A stretch of DNA of 31,175 bases from Minisyncoccota bacterium (GTDB lineage: Bacteria; Patescibacteriota; Minisyncoccia; Phycocordibacterales; JAKFXT01): assembly GCA_035628455.1 (NCBI GenBank), contig DASPJT010000063.1, positions 1 to 31,175 of the forward strand, given 5' to 3'. Each line of letters begins with the position of its first letter. The stretch's first letter is position 1. A model generated the notes under the pieces. It saw nothing but the letters and a program-made list of their open reading frames with translations, made no database searches and was not told where the DNA came from. Positions 25,056 to 31,175 of this stretch are shown here, piece by piece. The position numbers were made by a program, and so were the translations under genes.

Positions 25056-25077
25056 GGCTCCGAGAGCCCTCGGAGCC
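25056..25077 (-). promoter_or_regulatory. 5'-UTR hairpin occluding the SD of the ECF sigma gene
   Basis: Minus-strand GGCTCCGAG-ggct-CTCGGAGCC-attacc-ATG, a 9-bp perfect stem that contains the GGAG. Confidence 0.55.
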
Positions 25078-25106
25078 GGTTTATAATGATCGACCTGCAC
25101 CATTAG

Positions 25107-25132
25107 AACGCTCCCGGTGGACTCGAGGTTAC
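25107..25132 (-). promoter_or_regulatory. Putative ECF-type autoregulatory promoter
   Basis: Minus strand gtAAC, 17 nt, CGTT. Confidence 0.55.
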
Positions 25133-25135
25133 TTT

Positions 25136-25165
25136 TTGTGAAAAAGGGCAGGCCGGGCGTATACT
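25136..25165 (+). promoter_or_regulatory. Putative sigma70 promoter of the ABC operon
   Basis: TTGTGA (25136-25141), 18 nt, TATACT (25160-25165). Confidence 0.5.
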
Positions 25166-25210
25166 GGCTCTACCGTAGGCTCAATTAACGCACGTTTCGC
25201 GCAAATATCA

Positions 25211-26128
25211 ATGTCCGCTCTCGCCGTCACCGATCTCAGGAAGACCTACGCGAACGGGGTGGAAGCCCTCCGCGGCGTCTCTCTCACCGTGGAGAAAGGC
25301 GACTTCTTCGCGCTCCTCGGCCCCAATGGCGCGGGCAAGACTACCCTCATCGGCATCGTGGCGGGGCTCGTGAACAAGACGGGCGGGACGGTCTTCGTGG
25401 ACGGGATCGACGCGGAGAAAGAGCCGGAGCGGGCGCGCACGCGCATCGGCCTCGTGCCTCAGGAGTTCAATTTCAGCATCTTCGAGAAGACGGAAGATAT
25501 CGTGCTCGCGCAGGCGGGCTACTATGGGCTCCCGCGCGCGCTCGCGCGCGAGCGCGCGGAGAAATACCTCACCGCGCTCGGGCTGTGGGAGAAGCGCAAG
25601 GAGCCTTCGCGTACCCTATCAGGGGGCATGAAGCGGCGTCTCATGATCGCGCGTGCCTTGGTGCATGAGCCGCCGCTCCTCATCCTCGATGAGCCGACAG
25701 CAGGCGTCGACATCGAACTCCGTCGCGGAATGTGGGATTTCCTGCGGGAAGTGAACGGGAAGGGTACCACCATCATCCTCACCACGCACTATCTCGAAGA
25801 AGCCGAGCAGCTCGCCAAGAACGTGGCTATCATCAACAAAGGGGACGTCATTGCCCAGGGTACGATCCGCGAACTCCTCTCGCAGCGGAGCGGGGAGTCC
25901 TTCGTATTCGATACGGCTGCGCCGTACCCGTCGGAGTTCCCACAAAAGCTTGCCGCTTTCGCGCCCAAATCCATAGATAAAGACAGCCTGGAGGTTTCGC
26001 TCTCGGGGACGCAGACTTTGAATGAAGTCCTCCGGATCTTCGATGCAGCGGGCGTCTCCGTCCGCAGCATGCGCAACAAGACGAACCGCCTGGAGGAGCT
26101 TTTCCTTACTCTCACTAAACATGCCTAG
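25211..26128 (+). CDS. ABC-2 type transporter ATP-binding protein (YadG-like)
   Basis: GPNGAGKTT, LSGGMKRR, LILDEPTAGVD, TTHYLEEAE, NRLEELF. Confidence 0.95.
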   Translation: MSALAVTDLRKTYANGVEALRGVSLTVEKGDFFALLGPNGAGKTTLIGIVAGLVNKTGGTVFVDGIDAEKEPERARTRIGLVPQEFNFSIFEKTEDIVLAQAGYYGLPRALARERAEKYLTALGLWEKRKEPSRTLSGGMKRRLMIARALVHEPPLLILDEPTAGVDIELRRGMWDFLREVNGKGTTIILTTHYLEEAEQLAKNVAIINKGDVIAQGTIRELLSQRSGESFVFDTAAPYPSEFPQKLAAFAPKSIDKDSLEVSLSGTQTLNEVLRIFDAAGVSVRSMRNKTNRLEELFLTLTKHA

Positions 26129-26894
26129 CCACGCTCTCTTCATCGCTTTCTGGACGCTCCTCCATAAGGAGCTCGTCCGCGTGTTCAGGATCTGGACGCA
26201 GACCCTCCTGCCGCCTGCGATCACCATGTCGCTCTACTACCTCATCTTCGGCGCCTTCATCGGCTCGCGGATAGGGGAGGTGGGCGGCGTCTCCTACATG
26301 CAGTTCATCGTGCCGGGGCTCGTGATGATGACGGCGATCACGAACGCCTTCAGCAATACGGCGAGCTCCATCTTCAGCGCCAAGTTCATGAAGAGCATCG
26401 AGGAGCTCCTGGTCTCGCCCATGCCGCCGTGGGCCATCATCGGAGGGTTCGTCGCGGCGGGCGCTCTGCGGGGCCTCATCGTGGGGCTCGTGGGCATCGT
26501 CATCTCGCTCTTCTTCACCAAGCTCCCCATCGCGCACTTCGGCGTGGTGCTCTTCTTCATCGTGCTCTCGTCGATCGCCTTCTCCCTCGCGGGCTTCTTC
26601 AACGGCCTCTTCGCCAAGGGCTTCGACGGCATCTCCATCATCCCGACCTTCGTGCTCACCCCGCTCACGTACCTCGGCGGAGTGTTCTATTCCGTCTCCG
26701 CCCTCCCGCCGTTCTGGGAGGGGCTGTCCAAGCTGAACCCCATCCTCTACCTGGTGAACGGCTTCCGCTACGGCTTCACCGGGCACTCCGACGTGAGCGT
26801 CGGGGTGAGCGCCGCTATCCTCATCCTCCTCACGGCGGTTCTCGCGACGGTGGTCTATATCCTTTTCCGCCGCGGCTACGGCCTGCGCAATTAA
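26121..26894 (+). CDS. ABC-2 type transporter permease (YadH-like)
   Basis: KELVRVFRIWTQTLLPPAIT..LY..IFG, YMQFIVPGL.MM, SIEELLVSP, LTPLTYLGGVFY, LNP..Y.VNGFRYG. Confidence 0.95.
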   Translation: MPSHALFIAFWTLLHKELVRVFRIWTQTLLPPAITMSLYYLIFGAFIGSRIGEVGGVSYMQFIVPGLVMMTAITNAFSNTASSIFSAKFMKSIEELLVSPMPPWAIIGGFVAAGALRGLIVGLVGIVISLFFTKLPIAHFGVVLFFIVLSSIAFSLAGFFNGLFAKGFDGISIIPTFVLTPLTYLGGVFYSVSALPPFWEGLSKLNPILYLVNGFRYGFTGHSDVSVGVSAAILILLTAVLATVVYILFRRGYGLRN

Positions 26895-26895
26895 C

Positions 26896-27540
26896 ATGCT
26901 TACGAGCCTCATCGCCTTCGTCGAACACACCCTCATCCCGCTCGGGGCGGTGGGGGTATTCTCCGCTTCTCTCATCGAGCAGCTCCTGCCGCTCATTCCC
27001 TCGTCGCTCATAATGCTCCTCTCCGGGTTCCTGTTCCTCTCTCCGCACGAGTTCCTCTCCGCCGATTTCTTCTCCGCGCTCGTCTTCACCATCGTGATCC
27101 CGGTGATGATCGGAGGCACGCTCGGCTCCATCCTCTTCTATTCCATCTGCTACCAGCTGGGAAAGCCTGCGATCGAGCGCTTCGGGAAGTACATGGGCGT
27201 CTCCTGGGAGGAGATTGAGAAGGCGGAGAACAAGCTCCGGAATTCGCCGGTGGACGAGATCGCCTTCCTTGCGATGACCTGCATGCCCATCCTCCCGACC
27301 TCTATCCCGACAGTGCTCGCCGGCACCATCCGCTATCCGCTGAAGAAGTACCTCGCGATCCTGGCGGTGGGCATGGTGGTGCGCTCGGTCATCTATGGCT
27401 CGCTCGGTGCCTCGGCCGGCAGCCTCTATCACGAGCACGTCGCGCTCATCAACACGCTCGAACATTACCTCGTGGCGGTGATCGCCGCCGCGGTCCTCGC
27501 GGGCTTCGCCTGGTGGAGCTACCGCCGGTACCGCACGTAA
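26896..27540 (+). CDS. DedA/VTT-domain membrane protein
   Basis: IEQLLPLIPS, GGTLGS...Y.I...LG, re-entrant helix pattern, AGTIRYP..KY. Confidence 0.85.
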   Translation: MLTSLIAFVEHTLIPLGAVGVFSASLIEQLLPLIPSSLIMLLSGFLFLSPHEFLSADFFSALVFTIVIPVMIGGTLGSILFYSICYQLGKPAIERFGKYMGVSWEEIEKAENKLRNSPVDEIAFLAMTCMPILPTSIPTVLAGTIRYPLKKYLAILAVGMVVRSVIYGSLGASAGSLYHEHVALINTLEHYLVAVIAAAVLAGFAWWSYRRYRT

Positions 27541-27564
27541 GGGCCTGGTGGTATAGTGTTTTCA

Positions 27565-27900
27565 ATGATCGCCACTATCGTCAAAGTCGTCCTGCTCGCC
27601 GTCGTCCTCATGGGAGTGGCGCAGTTCGTGCCGGGCATCACCATCGTCAATTTCTACGGCGCGCTCCTCGCGGCGCTCATCCTGGCGCTCCTCAATCTCC
27701 TGGTGCGCCCTGTCCTCCTCATCCTCACCATCCCCATAAACATCCTGACGCTCGGGCTCTTCACCTTCGTCTTGAACGCGATCCTCTTCGCTCTCGCCGC
27801 CTGGCTCACCCCGGGCTTCGCTGTCGCGGGGTTCATGGCGGCCTTCATCGGAGCTCTCATCGTCGCTATAGCGCACTGGATCATCGATTTGTTCATATAA
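27565..27900 (+). CDS. YvlD-like 4-TM membrane protein (phage holin superfamily IV domain)
   Basis: VPGITI..F.GAL.AALIL.LLN..VRPVL..LT.PINILTLGLF.FV.NA. TGg-TATAGT lies 7 nt before ATG 27565. Confidence 0.9.
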   Translation: MIATIVKVVLLAVVLMGVAQFVPGITIVNFYGALLAALILALLNLLVRPVLLILTIPINILTLGLFTFVLNAILFALAAWLTPGFAVAGFMAAFIGALIVAIAHWIIDLFI

Positions 27901-27913
27901 GCGAGAGAAGCGA

Positions 27914-28786
27914 ATGAAGCGCATCATCACCCACAGCGGCCACTTCCAGCCGGACGAGATCTTCGCCGTGGCGACGCTCTCGATCCTCCTCAACGGCGAA
28001 TACGAGCTCATCCGCACCCGCGATCCCCAGCTCTTCGGGACGGGGGATTTCGTGGTGGACGTGGGCGAGGAATACGATCCCGCGCGCGGGCGCTTCGACC
28101 ATCACCAGAGGGGCGGCGCGGGCAAGAGCGCGGAGGGCATGCCGCTCTCTTCGTTCGGTCTCGTATGGAAGGAGTACGGGGAGAGAGTCGCGGGTTCCCG
28201 GGAGGCGGCGGAGAAGATCGAGAAGACCCTGGTGCGCTCCATCGACGCGGACGACGCGGGCATCGATCCGGACGTCGGCGACGTGCCGGTCTATCCTCTC
28301 GTAGAAGCCTTCTACAGCTTCGTGCCGAGCTGGCAGGAATCGGAGGAGATGTTCGACATGCAGTTCAAGCACGCGGTCGATTTCGCGGAGACCATCCTGC
28401 GCCGGGAGATCGTGCGCGCCTCCGGATCCCTCTCTGCAGTCGCGGCGGTGGAGAAGGCGTATCGCGATGCCGAAGACAAGCGCATCATCGTCCTCGACGA
28501 GGCATATCCTGCGACCGAAGTGCTGACCAAGTACCCCGAGCCTCTCTATGTGGTGAAGCCGGCGCGGCAGCTTTCCGCGTGGAAGGCGAAAGCGGTCACC
28601 GTGGAAGAGAACAGCTTCGAGAGCCGCAAGCTCTTTCCGGAATCCTGGGCGGGCAAGAGGGACGCGGAGCTTCAAGAAGTCACTGGCGTGCCGGATGCGA
28701 CCTTCTGCCACAAGGACCGCTGGGTCGCCGGAGCGCGCACGAAGGAGGGGGCCGTCGCCCTCGCCAAGCTCGCGGCGGACGCGTAG
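27914..28786 (+). CDS. MYG1/UPF0160 family DHH-fold metal-dependent hydrolase
   Basis: IITHSG.F..DE, RTRDP, DVG..YDP...FDHHQ, LSSFGLVW..YG, ID..D.G, FPE.WAG, DA.FCH...W. Confidence 0.88.
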   Translation: MKRIITHSGHFQPDEIFAVATLSILLNGEYELIRTRDPQLFGTGDFVVDVGEEYDPARGRFDHHQRGGAGKSAEGMPLSSFGLVWKEYGERVAGSREAAEKIEKTLVRSIDADDAGIDPDVGDVPVYPLVEAFYSFVPSWQESEEMFDMQFKHAVDFAETILRREIVRASGSLSAVAAVEKAYRDAEDKRIIVLDEAYPATEVLTKYPEPLYVVKPARQLSAWKAKAVTVEENSFESRKLFPESWAGKRDAELQEVTGVPDATFCHKDRWVAGARTKEGAVALAKLAADA

Positions 28787-28796
28787 TATCACCACA

Positions 28797-29780
28797 ATGG
28801 CTTTCGTAGACGAAATTACTGTACATGCGACCGCGGGACGCGGTGGGGACGGCGTGGTGCGCTGGCGCCAGGAGAAGGGCAAGCCGCTCTCGGGAGCGGC
28901 GGGCGGGAACGGCGGCCGGGGCGCGGACGTCTACGTGCGCGGCTCGCGCGACCTCGGCATCCTCGCGCGCTATCGCCACATCAAGGAATTCGTCGCAGAG
29001 AACGGCGGGCACGGGGAGAGCGAAAGCCGCCACGGCAAGGACGGCGAAGACCTGGTCATCGACGTGCCGCTCGGCTCCGTGGTCACCCATTTAGGCATCA
29101 ACCGGAGCATCGAGCTCCTCAACGAAGGCGAGAAGGTGCTCATCCTCTCCGGGGGACGCGGGGGCTTAGGGAACGAGCACTTCAAGGGCTCCCGCAATAC
29201 GACGCCTAAGGAGAGCACGCCGGGAGAGAAGGGCGAGGAGGGCGATTTCCGCATCGAGCTCCGGCTCATCGCGGACGCGGGCCTCATCGGGCTCCCGAAC
29301 GCGGGGAAGTCGAGCCTGCTGAATGCGCTTACCCGCGCTAGGGCCAAGGTGGGGAACTATCAGTTCACCACGCTCGAGCCGAACTTAGGCGAGATCTACG
29401 GCTACATCCTCGCGGACATCCCCGGCCTCATCGAGGGCGCCGCGGAAGGCAAGGGCTTGGGGCACAAGTTCCTCCGCCACGTGACCCGCACCAAGCTCCT
29501 CCTCCACTGCATCTCCGCAGAAGAGGATCTCTCTGCAGCGTACGAGACCGTGCGCACTGAGTTGAACCGCTATTCCTCCGCGCTCACCCACCAGGAAGAG
29601 TGCATCGTCATCACCAAGGCCGACACGGCGGACGAGGCGTCGCTCGCGGGGAAGATAAAAGAAGCGCGGACGTTTACTAAGACCGTCTACTCCGTTACCA
29701 TTCTGGACGACGCCTCCGTGAAGGCTTTTTCCGACGCCCTCATAGAGAAGCTCCGCACCCTGGAGAAACCTAAGAAATGA
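28797..29780 (+). CDS. obgE: GTPase ObgE (short, without C-terminal extension)
   Basis: MAFVDE, Gly-rich AG.GGDG/GGNGG.G, LIGLPNAGKSSLL, YQFTTLEPNLG, DIPGLIEGA, TKAD. ATG 28797 follows TAGTAT plus 7 nt. Confidence 0.95.
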   Translation: MAFVDEITVHATAGRGGDGVVRWRQEKGKPLSGAAGGNGGRGADVYVRGSRDLGILARYRHIKEFVAENGGHGESESRHGKDGEDLVIDVPLGSVVTHLGINRSIELLNEGEKVLILSGGRGGLGNEHFKGSRNTTPKESTPGEKGEEGDFRIELRLIADAGLIGLPNAGKSSLLNALTRARAKVGNYQFTTLEPNLGEIYGYILADIPGLIEGAAEGKGLGHKFLRHVTRTKLLLHCISAEEDLSAAYETVRTELNRYSSALTHQEECIVITKADTADEASLAGKIKEARTFTKTVYSVTILDDASVKAFSDALIEKLRTLEKPKK

Positions 29781-31171
29781 CCTACCTCCTCACCGTCGGC
29801 CTCGAAGTGCACGCAGAGCTCAAAACCGCGAGCAAGATGTTCTGCGGGTCCAAGAACGACCCGGACGAGACGCGCCCGAACGTGAACGTCTGCCCGGTGT
29901 GCATGGCGCACCCAGGCACGCTCCCCGTGATCAACCGGAAGGCGGTGGAGCACGTGCTCCGCATGGGGGTCGCGGTCGGGGGCACGCTCGCTGATTTCAC
30001 AGAATTCGACCGCAAGAACTATTTCTATCCGGACATCCCTAAGGGGTATCAGATAAGCCAGTACAAATATCCGCTCGTCACGGGAGGCAAGCTCGCGGGC
30101 GTGGACATCACCCGCATCCACCTCGAGGAAGACACCGCGCGCACCATCCACAAGGATGACCGCAGCCTCATCGACTACAACCGCGCGGGAGTGCCTCTAA
30201 TGGAGCTCGTCACCGAGCCGGTGATTCACGACGTCGCGACGGCGGTAGCCTTCGCCAAGGAATTGCAGATGCTCCTCCGCGCGCTCGGCGCGGGCGAAGC
30301 CAATCTCGAGAAGGGCGAGATGCGCGTGGAGGCGAACATCTCCGTCGCCAAGGAAGGGGAGATGGGCACCAAGGTGGAGGTGAAGAACCTCAATTCCTTC
30401 CGCTCGGTGGAGCGCGCCATCCTCCACGAGATCGAGCGGCAGAGCGCGCTCCTCGACGCTGGCGGCACGGTGGTGCAGGAGACGCGCGGCTGGGACGACA
30501 TCGGCCAGAAGACCTTCTCCCAGCGCCTCAAGGAGAGCTCGCACGACTACCGCTATTTCCCCGATCCCGACCTGCCCAAGCTCTGGCTCAAGGATGTGCC
30601 GGAGTGGCAGGCGGAGAACATCAAGAAGAACCTGCCGGAGCTTCCCTGGGAGAAGCGCGCGCGGTATCTCGCTCTCGGGATGAAGAAAGAGGATGCGGAG
30701 ATGCTCCTCTCCGACGCGGTCCTCGGAGGACTGTTTGAGGAAGTCTCAAAGACTCTCGACCCGAAACAGCTTCTATTGGGGGTGAATTACATCACTTCGG
30801 ACCTCGCGGGTCTCGGAGGCTCTGCGAACCTGGGCCAGCTCACGCCTACTTCCTTCGCGGCGCTCATTTCCATGATTTCTTCGGGTAAACTCTCTTCCCG
30901 CGGCGGGAAGGATCTCCTCGCCATCCTCTATGCCGAGGGCGGCGAGCCGGAAGCCCTGGCCGCAGAAAGAGGGCTATTGCAGCAGAGCGACGAGGGTGCC
31001 TTGAAGAAGATCGCGGAGGAGATCATCGCTGCGAACGCTTCTGTCGCTTCCGACTACAAGGCGGGCAAGGAATCCGCGCTCATGTTCCTGGTGGGCCAAG
31101 GCATGAAGGCGTCCAAGGGCTCCGCTAATCCGCAGGCGCTCAGGGAGATTTTCATCAGCTTGCTTAAGTAA
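29777..31171 (+). CDS. gatB: Asp-tRNA(Asn)/Glu-tRNA(Gln) amidotransferase subunit B
   Basis: GLEVHAEL.T.SKMFC, HPGTLPV.N, FDRKNYFYPD.PKGYQISQ, IHLEED, DYNRAGVPLMELVTEP, EVKNLNSF, DYRYFPDPDLP. Confidence 0.97.
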   Translation: MTYLLTVGLEVHAELKTASKMFCGSKNDPDETRPNVNVCPVCMAHPGTLPVINRKAVEHVLRMGVAVGGTLADFTEFDRKNYFYPDIPKGYQISQYKYPLVTGGKLAGVDITRIHLEEDTARTIHKDDRSLIDYNRAGVPLMELVTEPVIHDVATAVAFAKELQMLLRALGAGEANLEKGEMRVEANISVAKEGEMGTKVEVKNLNSFRSVERAILHEIERQSALLDAGGTVVQETRGWDDIGQKTFSQRLKESSHDYRYFPDPDLPKLWLKDVPEWQAENIKKNLPELPWEKRARYLALGMKKEDAEMLLSDAVLGGLFEEVSKTLDPKQLLLGVNYITSDLAGLGGSANLGQLTPTSFAALISMISSGKLSSRGGKDLLAILYAEGGEPEALAAERGLLQQSDEGALKKIAEEIIAANASVASDYKAGKESALMFLVGQGMKASKGSANPQALREIFISLLK

Positions 31172-31175
31172 TATG

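Noticed and set aside
27565-27900. Phage holin domain as evidence of a prophage
   Set aside because: The YvlD-like family is commonly chromosomal. There is no endolysin, integrase or structural gene nearby, and it sits in a housekeeping run.
29777-31171. gatB without adjacent gatA/gatC
   Set aside because: Split gatCAB arrangements are known, and the genes may lie just beyond the window (an ATG begins at 31173).
1-31175. CRISPR arrays, tRNA/rRNA genes, IS elements, integron cassettes
   Set aside because: Intergenic gaps are all short (under about 180 nt). I saw no spaced direct repeats, cloverleafs, transposase/integrase ORFs or attC-like sites. The hairpins found are explained as terminators or UTR stems.

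Overview
Gene-dense, high-GC bacterial window with no rRNA, tRNA, CRISPR array or transposase visible. Bases 1 to about 24.1 kb form a mosaic surface-glycan locus in alternating orientations. It holds a short UDP-sugar dehydrogenase, four GT4s, an exostosin/GT47-like protein, three GT2-fold enzymes, two large GT-C-like membrane proteins, GtrA, a Wzx-like flippase, gmd, an NDP-sugar C-methyltransferase, two other SAM methyltransferases, a NodB deacetylase, a Gmm-like NUDIX, an epimerase and a cytidylyltransferase. The locus is interrupted by an SDR/membrane-protein cassette and by a GNAT + 2OG-Fe(II) oxygenase unit. That unit contains a 52-aa rubredoxin/zinc-ribbon-like ORF (21893-22051) absent from the ORF track. 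The right end carries an ECF sigma factor with a small membrane partner, divergent from ABC-2, DedA, YvlD-like, MYG1, obgE and gatB. Many starts are either ATGA-coupled or lie 6-11 nt after a -10 box (leaderless or near-leaderless). The compact genes, short Obg, short UDP-sugar dehydrogenase and scarce Shine-Dalgarno sites suggest a Patescibacteria/CPR (Parcubacteria-like) genome, but this is inference only. All protein calls come from motifs read by eye; no searches were run.
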